Shown: positions 9,412 through 20,087, counted from the first letter of the stretch. The stretch: 64,000 nt of DNA from Minisyncoccota bacterium (GCA_965216295.1 OZ244141.1:78163-142162), one strand, 5' to 3'. The notes: a model not told the origin generated them from the sequence alone. Numbers and translations are program-made.

Positions 9412-10185
9412 TCAATGTGTTGCCTGTATCACACCAACACTATCAAGAACATCAAGCACGGCTCCCTGAGCGTGCCACCCTACCAAAACAAGTGGCGCTA
9501 ACACCGATATGAGAAAAAGTGCCGAAAAGGTGGTAAGGAGGGTGCTATAGATACAAAAAATTGCCACTTTGCGTTTGTCATGGTGATACAGTGATGTAAA
9601 GAAACGGTATGAAAAGTACCCAAAAATAAAGAATAAAATGAGAAGAAGAATGATGGGGGTTGTTGTGGTACCACTAATGAGCCGCTCTATCGTCTGATTG
9701 AGAGAGGGTGATCCGAGATAGATAACCCAATACCATGACACGGGAAAGTTAAAGGCAATGAGTGCATAGAGAAAAGAAACCCACTTCTTTGTCTGATTGC
9801 CAGAAAAAAGATACGAGGCTACCAGGTACGCGAGCACCCCGAGAAAAATAAATACGAGAGTCGCAGAGGCAACAACAAGTTCAATCGCTGGTACAAGAGA
9901 TGATAGTGAAACCAGTGATGGTCCAACAACAAATGGTACAAGCCCTGATAGCCATAACAGCAAAAGTGGTGTGGTAAAGAGTGTGGCGTATAAGAGGCGA
10001 ACAAAAAAGACAATTTTCCTGTCCATACCCTTACCGATGTTTGGAAAAAGAAAAAAAATAACCCGATAGGTGACAACAACAGTCGGAACAATAATAGCGA
10101 AGACAAAGAGAGTGTTGGTGGGAATGGCACTGACGAGTGTTGGATCATACACTGGCTGGATTTGTGCATAGGCTGTCGTAATCAT
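9412..10185 (-). CDS. Polytopic integral membrane protein (hypothetical), last gene of the ABC-exporter cluster
   Basis: 6 to 8 predicted hydrophobic helices. No family recognised. Confidence 0.4.
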   Translation of the reverse strand: MITTAYAQIQPVYDPTLVSAIPTNTLFVFAIIVPTVVVTYRVIFFLFPNIGKGMDRKIVFFVRLLYATLFTTPLLLLWLSGLVPFVVGPSLVSLSSLVPAIELVVASATLVFIFLGVLAYLVASYLFSGNQTKKWVSFLYALIAFNFPVSWYWVIYLGSPSLNQTIERLISGTTTTPIILLLILFFIFGYFSYRFFTSLYHHDKRKVAIFCIYSTLLTTFSALFLISVLAPLVLVGWHAQGAVLDVLDSVGVIQATH

Positions 10186-10208
10186 ACATGTGTAGTATAT
10201 ACATTCCG

Positions 10209-10916
10209 CTACCGCAATTGTTTGTCTTCACGAATAACACCATCGTGCATGACCATAATGCGTTTTGCTTCATGAGCGTAATCAAGCTCGTGCGTCACCA
10301 TAATAATAGTTTGTCCATTATCGTTGAGCCTTTTAAATATAGCAATAATCTGAGAAGAGCGTTCAGTATCGAGGTTTGCTGTCGGTTCATCAGCAAACAG
10401 AACACGAGGTTCATGGACAATGGCACGGGCAATGGAAACACGTTGGTTCTCCCCACCAGAGAGTTGTCCAGGATAGAAATCAATACGATCTCGCATACCA
10501 AACGATGCGAGGGTGTCAGCGGCACGACGACGTGCCTCTGCTTTACTAGCGCCACGCATGAGCATTGGAATAGAAACATTCTCCCACGCTTTTAACTCTG
10601 GCATCATGGCATAATCTTGAAACACAAAACCAAAATGAAACAGACGATATTTCGTTTTCTCATGGGAAGACATGCGATGTGCATCATTACCAGAAACAAA
10701 AACACTACCCCCAGTTGGTTCATCAAGTAATCCGAGTTGGTACAAGAGAGTACTTTTACCAGTACCTGATTTACCGGTGATAGAGAGAAATTCTCCTTGG
10801 CGTACGGCAAAACTGATTCCTTTCAATACTTGTGTCTCCCGAGTACCATCAAGAAAAGTCCTCGTGATGTTCTCCACGCGTATAGCTTCTGTTTGATTGT
10901 CTATCATACTATTCAT
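10209..10916 (-). CDS. ABC transporter ATP-binding protein (MacB/LolD/FtsE-like)
   Basis: Walker A GKSGTGKST, ABC signature LSGGENQRVSIARA, Walker B VLFADEPT. Confidence 0.85.
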   Translation of the reverse strand: MNSMIDNQTEAIRVENITRTFLDGTRETQVLKGISFAVRQGEFLSITGKSGTGKSTLLYQLGLLDEPTGGSVFVSGNDAHRMSSHEKTKYRLFHFGFVFQDYAMMPELKAWENVSIPMLMRGASKAEARRRAADTLASFGMRDRIDFYPGQLSGGENQRVSIARAIVHEPRVLFADEPTANLDTERSSQIIAIFKRLNDNGQTIIMVTHELDYAHEAKRIMVMHDGVIREDKQLR

Positions 10917-10917
10917 A

Positions 10918-12171
10918 CTACCTACCCATTATCGCTTCAATCGCTGGTTTGCGAACAATATAGTATGCTGGCACAAACCCAGCAATCAGCGTTGCTATAA
11001 ATATTAGAAACATGCGAAAGGTGAGAGTTTCTGTTGTGAAATACAACACACCATCACTGAAAGGAAAATCAAGAGGGTTTGCCTGAAAGTACGGCACCAG
11101 GAGGAAAAAGAGTAATAGGAGTCCAAGAAATGTACCAATCACAGAGAAGAATAGTGCATAGAAAACATATGATAGACGAATCGCATTTGACGCAACGCCA
11201 ATGCCTTTCAAGATGCCAATGAAGCGTCGTCGAGATGTGGCGGTAACAAAAATAATAATAAAAATAGTAATGGACGCAACAATGAGACCAATCGCTCCGA
11301 CGACCGTACCGAGTGTTTTAAATGTTATGCGAATGTCATTTAAAAAAGGACCAATGGCTTCTTCAACGGTTTCAATATCTGCATATCGTTCATATCCTAA
11401 TGTTATGAGATGTTGTTTCACCACAGGAGCATCTGCCGAGGTGTGCAATCGAATGGCAATAAAGTTTGAGTCGTTTCCTGGGTTTTCACGAGAAAGGCGG
11501 ATATCGGCCTTGTTCATAATGATGGCAAGATCAAGCTCACCTGCCTTAGTACGAAAAACACCACGGACGGTGTACTGTTGATATTTGCTCCCTGAAAAAG
11601 CAATATAGACTGGATCTCCTGGATATACTTCACCAAACACACCCTCTCCAAACGGCGAATATCTCTCAAGCAGTGCTCTACCAATTAACACTCCGCCCCT
11701 ATCATTGCCCGCAAGGTACTGTCCTTCAATAATACTTGCATCAAGATGTGTTGTTCTCTTTTCATCCTCTGGATTAACTCCTAAAACGGTTGTTTGTATA
11801 AATTCTTGTTCGTTGTTCGCATCAGTAACGTTATAGTATTCACTTTTTTCAACAACTCTAACATCGCCTGCTGCATAGCGAGCAGAAAATGCTTTGATGC
11901 GAGAATCGGCGTCTAGATCGGAAATGAGGTACTGCGTTCTATCAATAAATGGCTTACCTTCTTTTGCCGTAATGAATATATCACCAAGTGCTTTAGTGCG
12001 CGTTCCCTCTAATGAGCCAACCACAATGCCTTCCAAAAGACCATTGATGACAACCAAGTTGAGAAAGGTGAGGAGCATGACGAACAAAATGAGTGATGTT
12101 GTCCATTTGTTTGATCCGCGAATGTAACGAACGAAAAGGAAAAAAGCTACTCGTATTTCTTGCAAATTCAT
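10918..12171 (-). CDS. ABC transporter permease, FtsX/MacB type, with a large extracytoplasmic domain
   Basis: N-terminal TM, about 250-aa periplasmic domain, then three C-terminal TMs (FtsX topology). Immediately upstream of the ATPase. Confidence 0.75.
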   Translation of the reverse strand: MNLQEIRVAFFLFVRYIRGSNKWTTSLILFVMLLTFLNLVVINGLLEGIVVGSLEGTRTKALGDIFITAKEGKPFIDRTQYLISDLDADSRIKAFSARYAAGDVRVVEKSEYYNVTDANNEQEFIQTTVLGVNPEDEKRTTHLDASIIEGQYLAGNDRGGVLIGRALLERYSPFGEGVFGEVYPGDPVYIAFSGSKYQQYTVRGVFRTKAGELDLAIIMNKADIRLSRENPGNDSNFIAIRLHTSADAPVVKQHLITLGYERYADIETVEEAIGPFLNDIRITFKTLGTVVGAIGLIVASITIFIIIFVTATSRRRFIGILKGIGVASNAIRLSYVFYALFFSVIGTFLGLLLLFFLLVPYFQANPLDFPFSDGVLYFTTETLTFRMFLIFIATLIAGFVPAYYIVRKPAIEAIMGR

Positions 12172-12183
12172 CGCACATTATTG

Positions 12184-13728
12184 TTAGTTACTAGAAACAT
12201 CAGTATCGTCGTAGAGTATGGTGTCGCCTTTGGTAAGAGAACCTTGTACGATAATCATATCTTCTTCTGTGTTTGATATAATGATAACAGGAATACTCTC
12301 ATTTCCTTCCGATCGCTCAACAAGAACAGTTGATACACCATCTTTAGTACGAACGGAACGGCGAGGAATGCTAATCGCTGCTGATGCTTCACCAGCAGGA
12401 ATAGAAACATCAATGGTGAGACCAGAACGTAGTGTGACAACCTCATCAGAGAGAACATCAAAAATCACCGTGTACACAGGGACCTGATTAATTCGCCCTT
12501 CAGTGACATTGATAGTTCTCACACGCATAGATACTTCATGATCAAGTGCTTCAACATATCCTTGCATCTTCTGCCCGATTGAAACATTTTGAATATCTAT
12601 CTCAGTAATATCGACAGACACCTCATACCCTCCTTGAGACGTCACTCGTACCGCTTGCGCTGTCGGAGCAACCTGTTCTCCAATTTTCACAAACACCTCA
12701 CCAATAAGTGCCGGAAATGGTGCCTTGATGGTCGTATCATTAACGCGCAATTGAAGCTGTCGCACTCGCTCACGTTGTGACTCAACATCTGCCCTTTTGG
12801 CAATGCGAGTCTTGGTGGTAGCACCAGCATATACTTCAGCCGCTTCTCGCACTGCTTGAGCATACTCTAATTTCTCTTGTTCTATTGTATTCAAATCTTG
12901 CACTGTTTGTGTAATACCCTCAAGAATTGTGAATCGTGTATTCGTGATTACTGCAAAAACCTCTTCATAGGTAGTATTCAATTCGCGCAGCGTGATAAAT
13001 TCATCAAATAACTGTAGCCATAACGTATCAACGCGATAGAGATCTTTTACAAACTGTTTCAATGTGGTAGACACTCTCTCCGCACTATCGCCCGACGCTC
13101 CTTCCCACCCTCTCCATGACCGTAAAACAGTTTCAATAGCAGCTCGTGCTTCCTGCAGTCTTCCTGCTTGGAGTGTAGAAATATCAATTCGTAATCGCGG
13201 CCTGGTGCTTGGGTTGTAATACCAAACATCAATGTCTCTGCGAATGGAACCTTCTATACTCCCCGCCGTCTGGTTGGCCCGTGCAAATGCAATTCGTGCA
13301 CTATTGATAAGTCTTTGCTGTGCCACATGCGTTGCCGCTTCTGTCTTTGCCCGCACCTCAGTACTTGGTCCTTCAATGAGACTATCAAGCTCTGCAAGAT
13401 CTTTTTTCAAAATTGCCTTTTGTTCTGAAAGTTCTGCAACTAACTGTTCCGAAGAGAGAAAGATGATAGGATCATTAACACCAACCCTATCCCCCGCCAC
13501 ATGTGCAATGCGGTTAACAGTACCGCTCTCTTCAAATGTAAGCACTACATCATTACGAGCAACGACACTACCTGTGACGACAATAAAAGCTTGATACGGC
13601 ACCTCAATGGCTACCGCACGAAGCAGATTGGCAGATGATGGCATGACAAACCGAGACCATATAATGGTGACAAGTATGAGAATGCTTGCGGTGATAACAA
13701 ATCGTTTAACAGTAACTATATTTCCCAT
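12184..13728 (-). CDS. HlyD-family periplasmic adaptor / membrane fusion protein
   Basis: N-terminal TM, long coiled-coil region, and beta-barrel/lipoyl-like segments typical of MFP adaptors. First gene of the tripartite ABC exporter. Confidence 0.7.
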   Translation of the reverse strand: MGNIVTVKRFVITASILILVTIIWSRFVMPSSANLLRAVAIEVPYQAFIVVTGSVVARNDVVLTFEESGTVNRIAHVAGDRVGVNDPIIFLSSEQLVAELSEQKAILKKDLAELDSLIEGPSTEVRAKTEAATHVAQQRLINSARIAFARANQTAGSIEGSIRRDIDVWYYNPSTRPRLRIDISTLQAGRLQEARAAIETVLRSWRGWEGASGDSAERVSTTLKQFVKDLYRVDTLWLQLFDEFITLRELNTTYEEVFAVITNTRFTILEGITQTVQDLNTIEQEKLEYAQAVREAAEVYAGATTKTRIAKRADVESQRERVRQLQLRVNDTTIKAPFPALIGEVFVKIGEQVAPTAQAVRVTSQGGYEVSVDITEIDIQNVSIGQKMQGYVEALDHEVSMRVRTINVTEGRINQVPVYTVIFDVLSDEVVTLRSGLTIDVSIPAGEASAAISIPRRSVRTKDGVSTVLVERSEGNESIPVIIISNTEEDMIIVQGSLTKGDTILYDDTDVSSN

Positions 13729-13797
13729 AAATAACTACTATATTGTAACAGTATTGCTTCGCTGTGGGAACCACACAAGCAAGACCGCACAAAGAAA

Positions 13798-13873
13798 TGG
13801 GGTGTCTAGAGGGATTCGAACCCTCTCTGCGAGCTCCACAAGCCCGCGTGCTAACCATTACACCATAGACACC
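13798..13873 (-). tRNA. tRNA-His (anticodon GTG)
   Basis: Cloverleaf identified by eye: 8-bp acceptor stem with the extra 5' G-1 typical of tRNA-His, anticodon loop ttGTGga, T-arm GGTTCGAATCC, CCA encoded. Confidence 0.8.
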
Positions 13874-13915
13874 ATAGAGAAATTGTAGCACCAGCAGTAG
13901 GGGAATTGCAAAAAA

Positions 13916-16300
13916 CTAACTACCGCACGAAGTACACACATTGGCATCATCACCATCTACCACACGCGCTTTTTCGATAGGGGTTGGCACTGTTTTCTGT
14001 TTCACATTCTCTGTTGTCACCTGTTTCTGTGACCTATCAACAGTAAATTGAGCAGTATCGTACGCTGGTGTGTTGCGAAGATAGTACATACCAGTCTTTA
14101 ATCCGCGCTGCCATGTGTAGAAGTGAAGTGCAGTTAACTTGTCCGCGGTTGCATCTGCCATATGAATATTGAGACTCTGGCTCTGACAGATAAAAGCACC
14201 GCGATCTGCTGCCATATCAATAATACTTCGCTGAGGAATCTCCCACACTGTTCGATATCGCAGTCGTACCTCTTCTGGTATTTCAGTAATTCGCTGTACT
14301 GAACCACGCTCTTCGATAAGGCGGTTGTGAAGATCTTTGTTCCAAATACCCAGCGCAATAAGTTCTCGAAGGAGGTGTTTGTTAATAACAATAAATTCTC
14401 CAGAGAGTACCCGTCGCACATAGAGGTTTGAGGTGAATGGTTCAAATGCTTCATTGTTGCCAAATATCTGCGCCGTGGTTGCTGTTGGCATGGGTGAGAT
14501 GAGTAGTGAGTTTCTCAAACCGTGTTTTTTAACTTCTTCACGAAGGTGTTCCCAATCAAACAATCCTGATTCAGGGTAGACTCCCCAGAGATCAAACTGG
14601 AGTTTTCCTTGCGACGTTGGTGACCCCTTGAAGGAGTCATATGGACCATCACGTTTAGCAAGAGCGACGGAAGCTTCAACGGCACCGTGGTAGATAGTTT
14701 CAAAAATATGCTTGTTGAGTGTCCGTGCAGCCGGCTCATCAAACGAGAGTTTCATGATAGCAAATGTGTCCGCAAGACCTTGGACGCCAATACCAATTGG
14801 GCGGTGGCGAAGGTTTGATCGCTGACATTCTGGCAAAATATATGCGTTGCGATCAATAACCTTATTTAGGTTTCGAGTCACCACTTTCGTTATATCGTGG
14901 AGCCCTTGAAAATCATATGTTCCATCTTTTTTCACGAACTGATTAACACAAATTGAGGCGAGGTTACACACAGCCGTCTCACGCTCATCGGAATATTCCA
15001 TAATCTCAGTACAAAGGTTACTAGAACGAATAACACCTACATTTTTCTGATTTGATTTTCTATTTGCAGCATCTTTGTAGAGCATGAAGGGTGTTCCTGT
15101 CTCAATCTGGCAATTGATAATCTTGAACCATAAATCCCGTGCTTTGATTGTTTTTCTCATTCTCCCCTCTTGTTCATAGGTGGTGTATAATTCTTCAAAC
15201 TTTTTGCCAAAACTTGTATATAAATCAGAACACTCTTTAGGACAGAAGAATGACCAATTACCATCTTCTTTAACACGATTCATAAATAAATCAGGAATCC
15301 AGAGTGCATAGAAAAGATCGCGTGCACGTAATTCTTCAGCACCGTGATTCTTTCGCAAATCAAGAAACTCAAGTGTGTCGGCATGCCACGGTTCAAGGTA
15401 TATACAGAAGGCACCCTTTCTCTTCCCCCCTTGATTAACATACCGAGCAGTTTCATTAAAATTTTTAATCATCGGAATAAGACCATCTGACACACCTCGT
15501 GAACCAGCGATGTACGATCCTTTTGCACGAATGTTGTGGACACTCAAACCAATGCCACCAGCAGACTGTGAGATGCGAGCACAATCGGTAAGTGTTTTGT
15601 AGATACCAGAGATGCTGTCATCAGACATGGCAAGGAGGAAACAGGAAGACATTTGTGGAAGTGGTGTACCAGCATTGAAGAGCGTTGGTGTTGCATGAGT
15701 AAATTGCTTTTTTGACAAGAGGTGATAGGTCTCAAATGCTGTTTCCAGGTCGTCACCATGAATACCAAGTGCAACACGCATAAACATGTGCTGTGGTCGC
15801 TCTACAATAGAATCATTCATAGACATCAAGTATCCCTTCTTGAGTGTTTCAACGGCAAAGTAATCGAAGAGTTCAAAGTCCCGGTCATGAACAATCTCGG
15901 CATCAATGCGTTCTCCATGACAATGCACAATCTGTAAGAGTTCATCAGAAACAAAAGGGGCGTGGCGACCTGTTTTGGGTTCAATGTAGGCATGGAGGCG
16001 TTTAATGTTGTCAGTAAATGAGCTTTCGGTTTCTTTGTGTAAATTAGAAATAGCGATACGAGCAGCAAGTATTGAAAAATCAGAGTGCATGGTTGCTAAA
16101 GAAGCACACACCTGTGCTGCCAAGGCGTCTAAATCAGTGGTTTTTATATTATCATGAAGACCATCTATTGTTCGCTTTGCTATCTCTGAGACATCCACAA
16201 ATCGCGTATCTAGACCATATGCTAGACCACGAATACGTTCTAGAACGGCATCAAAATTTACCTCTTCCCTTGTACCATTCCTTTTTTGTACGTACATCAT
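13916..16300 (-). CDS. nrdA: Ribonucleoside-diphosphate reductase, class I alpha subunit
   Basis: N-terminal ATP-cone; catalytic motifs including NLCTEI and the C-terminal Cys pair (CTSCGS). Confidence 0.9.
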   Translation of the reverse strand: MMYVQKRNGTREEVNFDAVLERIRGLAYGLDTRFVDVSEIAKRTIDGLHDNIKTTDLDALAAQVCASLATMHSDFSILAARIAISNLHKETESSFTDNIKRLHAYIEPKTGRHAPFVSDELLQIVHCHGERIDAEIVHDRDFELFDYFAVETLKKGYLMSMNDSIVERPQHMFMRVALGIHGDDLETAFETYHLLSKKQFTHATPTLFNAGTPLPQMSSCFLLAMSDDSISGIYKTLTDCARISQSAGGIGLSVHNIRAKGSYIAGSRGVSDGLIPMIKNFNETARYVNQGGKRKGAFCIYLEPWHADTLEFLDLRKNHGAEELRARDLFYALWIPDLFMNRVKEDGNWSFFCPKECSDLYTSFGKKFEELYTTYEQEGRMRKTIKARDLWFKIINCQIETGTPFMLYKDAANRKSNQKNVGVIRSSNLCTEIMEYSDERETAVCNLASICVNQFVKKDGTYDFQGLHDITKVVTRNLNKVIDRNAYILPECQRSNLRHRPIGIGVQGLADTFAIMKLSFDEPAARTLNKHIFETIYHGAVEASVALAKRDGPYDSFKGSPTSQGKLQFDLWGVYPESGLFDWEHLREEVKKHGLRNSLLISPMPTATTAQIFGNNEAFEPFTSNLYVRRVLSGEFIVINKHLLRELIALGIWNKDLHNRLIEERGSVQRITEIPEEVRLRYRTVWEIPQRSIIDMAADRGAFICQSQSLNIHMADATADKLTALHFYTWQRGLKTGMYYLRNTPAYDTAQFTVDRSQKQVTTENVKQKTVPTPIEKARVVDGDDANVCTSCGS

Positions 16301-16313
16301 ATAATTCTATCTA

Positions 16314-17414
16314 TTAAAAATCTCCGTCGAGTCGAAACGCTGGTCTCCCACCAGTATCCGCCTTACCTTTTGCTTTAACTCCTGCCTTCTGATACTCCGA
16401 CACACGACGTTCAAAAAAGTTTGTTTTGCCTTCAAGCGAAATCATAGTCATAAAATCAAATGGGTTCTCAGCCTGATATCGTTTCTCCTCTCCAAGCTCC
16501 ACCAACAAGTAATCAGCAACAAATTCAATGTATTGACACATCAAATCAGCATTCATACCAATGAGGCGTACTGGGATTGATTCACAGACAAATTCTTTTT
16601 CAATAGAAACGGCATCTTCAATAATAGCGAGTACCTGTTCTGACGTTAGTTTGTTCTTAATATGATTCCTGTAAAGTAGGCAGGCAAACCGAAAGTGCAT
16701 TGTTTCGTCGCGAGAGATTAATTCATTTGCTTGTGACAATCCTGGCATCAAACCACGCTTACGTAACCAAAAAATGGAACAAAAACTACCAGAGAAAAAA
16801 ATACCTTCTACGGCAGCAAATGCAATGAGTCGCTCAACAAAAGAACCATCTTGAATCCAACGCAATGACCACTGTGCTTTTTTCTCTACTGATGGAATGG
16901 TAGTCATTGCATTAAAAAGATGGTGTTGTTCAGCAACATCTTGTACGTACGTATCGATAAGAAGTGAATAGGTGTGTGAGTGTATGTTCTCAGCTGCAAT
17001 TTGGAAACCATAAAAAAATTTCGCCTCAGTGTATTGCACTTGTGAAAGAAACTTTTCAGCAAGATTTTCATTTACAATACCATCTGATGCGGCAAAGAAA
17101 GCGAGCACTTGTTTGATAAAAAAACGCTCATTGTCATTGAGCTTCTGTTGCCAGTGCACCAAGTCGTCAGCCAATGAAATTTCTTCTGGTGTCCAAAAGT
17201 TTGCAACTGATGATGTATAAAATTCCCAAATGTCGTGATGTTCAATGGGAAATAAAACGAAGCGGTTTGCATTAGTTTGTAATAGTGGCTCTGTTTCTTT
17301 TTCTTTCTGCCGAAGTGTCTGTAGTTGTTCTTTTGTTCGTCTAATAAGGTTCATATAAAGTGCAAAGGAAGTATAACAAAAAACGCAAAAAAATATGTTC
17401 AATGTTTTCAACAA
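16314..17414 (-). CDS. nrdB: Ribonucleoside-diphosphate reductase beta subunit (ferritin-like di-iron radical protein)
   Basis: Characteristic R2 motifs ([13 protein letters not shown], di-iron ligand spacing). Probable true start at the internal Met at about 17354. Confidence 0.9.
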   Translation of the reverse strand: MLKTLNIFFCVFCYTSFALYMNLIRRTKEQLQTLRQKEKETEPLLQTNANRFVLFPIEHHDIWEFYTSSVANFWTPEEISLADDLVHWQQKLNDNERFFIKQVLAFFAASDGIVNENLAEKFLSQVQYTEAKFFYGFQIAAENIHSHTYSLLIDTYVQDVAEQHHLFNAMTTIPSVEKKAQWSLRWIQDGSFVERLIAFAAVEGIFFSGSFCSIFWLRKRGLMPGLSQANELISRDETMHFRFACLLYRNHIKNKLTSEQVLAIIEDAVSIEKEFVCESIPVRLIGMNADLMCQYIEFVADYLLVELGEEKRYQAENPFDFMTMISLEGKTNFFERRVSEYQKAGVKAKGKADTGGRPAFRLDGDF

Positions 17415-17592
17415 GGCATTCGATACACCCCTCTAGGGGGTGGAAAATTGGTTTTTAATTTTAAAAAATCTCAGAAATGCATGACAATTAATTTTTATAG
17501 ATGTCAAATCATTCTTTTAGATGCATAAAAAATAAATTGCACTACCTTCGTGCACCATAAATAATTGCCACGAATGTTCCGTGGCATACATG

Positions 17593-17676
17593 TGCTCAGG
17601 AGAGGACTTGAACCTCCACAGGATTGCTCCTATACGCCCCTCAAGCGTACGCGTCTACCAATTCCGCCACCTGAGC
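17593..17676 (-). tRNA. tRNA-Leu (anticodon GAG) with a long variable arm
   Basis: Cloverleaf: acceptor gctcagg/cctgagc, anticodon stem tacgc/gcgta with loop ttGAGgg, long variable arm, T-arm GGTTCAAGTCC. Confidence 0.75.
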
Positions 17677-17895
17677 AACTCCCTACAACTATACCGTGCA
17701 CAACTGCACTGCGCAACAAAGCAAAAATTTACAATGTAGTATATATAGTATTGTATTTTTAACTTTATTTTATTGACTTTATTGAAAAACAATAAAGTAC
17801 CGTACTCTATCCGAATTCTATAAAAATAGAAAAGAAAGATGCTGTCTGTGTCCCTCACAAATAGTCACACATCTTTCACAAAAAATAATAATTAA

Positions 17896-18579
17896 TTATT
17901 TTTCAGAAGTATTGTTTGTTTTTTCAGGTGGTGTCGTCTCTTTTTGTTCTTCACCCTCTTTATTAGTATGCTCGTGTACTTCTTCTTGTTGTACAGACTC
18001 TGTGGTAGATGTTGCTTGTACTTCCACTTCACCTTTTTCATTTGATTGTTGTGTAGGCTCTGTGGTAGGTGTCACATCATCATGAGTGCTTTCTTTTTTC
18101 TGCATCTTTTTCTTTTCTTCAATTTCACTCACAGAACTCTCTGTTACTGTTTCTGATCGACGAAGTTTGTGGCGAATTTGTTTAGGAGTCTTGTCTCGCA
18201 AGAAGTAGAGTTTTGCTCGTCGCACCTTTGACCTTTTATTAATTTCAATTTTATCAATCATGGGAGAATAGAGAGGGAAAATTTTTTCAACACCAATACC
18301 GTCAGTACCAACCCTACGAACAGTAAATGTTGCTCCGGGTTCAAGGTTATGTTTTGTTGCAATAACAATACCGCCAAACGCCTGTAGTCGCACTTTTCCT
18401 TTGTCCTCTACAATTTTTTGCCAAACACGAATAGTGTCACCAGCACTAATTTTGAGTGCCTGGCGACTTTCAACATGAACTGGAGAAATGTCTTTATTTT
18501 CCAATGTTATTTGCATAAAGTGAGTATGTTCCGCCACTATACCACGCTCCCTGTTGCGTCGCAATTGATTGTCTGGCAT
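17896..18579 (-). CDS. rplS: 50S ribosomal protein L19 with a long Glu/Lys/Thr-rich C-terminal extension
   Basis: GDTIRVWQKIVEDKGKVRLQAFGGIVIA...TFTVRRV..GIGVEKIFPLYSP...RRAKLYFLR is the L19 signature. Likely start at MQITL (about 18516). Tail of about 90 extra aa. Confidence 0.8.
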   Translation of the reverse strand: MPDNQLRRNRERGIVAEHTHFMQITLENKDISPVHVESRQALKISAGDTIRVWQKIVEDKGKVRLQAFGGIVIATKHNLEPGATFTVRRVGTDGIGVEKIFPLYSPMIDKIEINKRSKVRRAKLYFLRDKTPKQIRHKLRRSETVTESSVSEIEEKKKMQKKESTHDDVTPTTEPTQQSNEKGEVEVQATSTTESVQQEEVHEHTNKEGEEQKETTPPEKTNNTSEK

Positions 18580-19319
18580 TGAGAAACGGCATAGAGAAAA
18601 TCTTTTGGGTATGGAGCAATAAAGGTATGCTGATCGTCCTCTATAGTAAACGTGATGCGGTACGCATGGAGTGCCATTCTTGTAAATGATAAAAATGGTC
18701 CTCGTCGTGGCGCATAGGTGCGATCACACAGTACTGGGTGCTGTATTGATTTTGCGTGAACACGAATTTGATGCGTTCGTCCTGTCTTTGGATAAAACCG
18801 AACAAGTGATACATCAATGCCACACTGCATTGCAACAGCATACTCTGTATATGCATCGCGTGTCTTCCCACGAGGGTTGTGTGTTGACTTCATACGAAAA
18901 TCTTTTCTACTGCGCCCGATAGGTAATTGAATAATACCGCGAAGTCGTTTTGGAGTTCCATAAACAAACGCATGGTATTCTTTTTTAATCTTTCCTTGTT
19001 GAAACTGTTTTTTCAATTTTTTAAACATTCTTTGTGTTTTTGCGATAACCATAACACCACTGGTCTCTTGATCAAGACGATGCACAATACCTGGACGAGG
19101 AAATGTCGTGCCTTCTTTGTCAGTGTACGGCTCTCCAACCTCTTGAAGTTCTGGATACTTCTCTGCAATCCAATCAGTTAGCGTGCGTGTTGTTTTGACA
19201 CCTCGGTGCACTATTAATCCCGATGGTTTATTAATCACAAGAATTGATTCGTTTTCAAAAAGAACAATAGGTGTCAACAACACTTCTTGATCTGGCTGTT
19301 GTTGTGTCTTTTCTATCAT
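18537..19319 (-). CDS. RluA-family pseudouridine synthase
   Basis: Catalytic motif HRLDQETSGVMVIAKT and the overall RluA/RluD pattern. Confidence 0.85.
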   Translation of the reverse strand: MIEKTQQQPDQEVLLTPIVLFENESILVINKPSGLIVHRGVKTTRTLTDWIAEKYPELQEVGEPYTDKEGTTFPRPGIVHRLDQETSGVMVIAKTQRMFKKLKKQFQQGKIKKEYHAFVYGTPKRLRGIIQLPIGRSRKDFRMKSTHNPRGKTRDAYTEYAVAMQCGIDVSLVRFYPKTGRTHQIRVHAKSIQHPVLCDRTYAPRRGPFLSFTRMALHAYRITFTIEDDQHTFIAPYPKDFLYAVSQCQTINCDATGSVV

Positions 19320-19322
19320 ACA

Positions 19323-20075
19323 CTACATTCCGTTATTCTTTGTCTTTGTATGAAACTGTTTCATTGCTAATTGAAAATCGTTGTGTGTAAATGCTGGCCA
19401 GAGAGTGTTGCTAAAAAGTAATTCGCTGTACTCACTCTCCCATAACAAAAAACCAGAGAGTCGTTGTGCACCTCCTGTACGAATGATGCACTGTGGATTG
19501 GGAAACGGATGTGTTGATAACCGCTTCGCCACACTCTCCTCGGTCAACACCTCGCCCGCAAAAACACACTGCTGTGCTGCACGAACAATATCCTTCCTCC
19601 CGTTATACGAAACTGCAATCCATATTGTGATACCGTCATAGTCTTTGGTTTTTTGCTCAACATCAGCAAACGCCTCTTGCACGTCTGGTGAAAAATGTTC
19701 CCGTTCACCAATAAAACGAATAGATGGGCGAGTGGCCATTGATTGAATGGTCGTATCAAGTTGTTTAACCTCTTCTAAAAATACATCAAAGAGTATGGCG
19801 TTTGCCACCTGATGTCGTTTCCAGTTATCACTGGAGAAAGCAAAAGCAATGATGTCAGTAAATCCTTCTTGGCGCGCCCACTCTGCACACTGCCGTAGCA
19901 CCAAAGCCCCTTGTTTGTATGCTTTCTTGAGTGGTATTTTTTGCTGTCGTGCAAAACGACGATTACCATCCATGATAAGACCAATACAACTGCGTAATGA
20001 TTTATGACCATCTTGATAGCAATGCTGATAAGGGTCAACCTCTTTGGTGATGATTTCTTGTTTCATATGATGCAT
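19323..20075 (-). CDS. uppS: Isoprenyl transferase (undecaprenyl-diphosphate synthase)
   Basis: IMDGNRRFA motif, plus the C-terminal RTGG..R(L)SGFLLW motif. Confidence 0.85.
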   Translation of the reverse strand: MHHMKQEIITKEVDPYQHCYQDGHKSLRSCIGLIMDGNRRFARQQKIPLKKAYKQGALVLRQCAEWARQEGFTDIIAFAFSSDNWKRHQVANAILFDVFLEEVKQLDTTIQSMATRPSIRFIGEREHFSPDVQEAFADVEQKTKDYDGITIWIAVSYNGRKDIVRAAQQCVFAGEVLTEESVAKRLSTHPFPNPQCIIRTGGAQRLSGFLLWESEYSELLFSNTLWPAFTHNDFQLAMKQFHTKTKNNGM

Positions 20076-20087
20076 ATGATCTACCTG

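Noticed and set aside
17415-17592. Inverted repeat TGACA-N15-TGTCA and duplicated ATGCAT motifs upstream of nrdB as a possible NrdR box
   Set aside because: They do not match the NrdR-box palindrome that I recall, and no nrdR gene is present in the window. It is likely just AT-rich promoter sequence.
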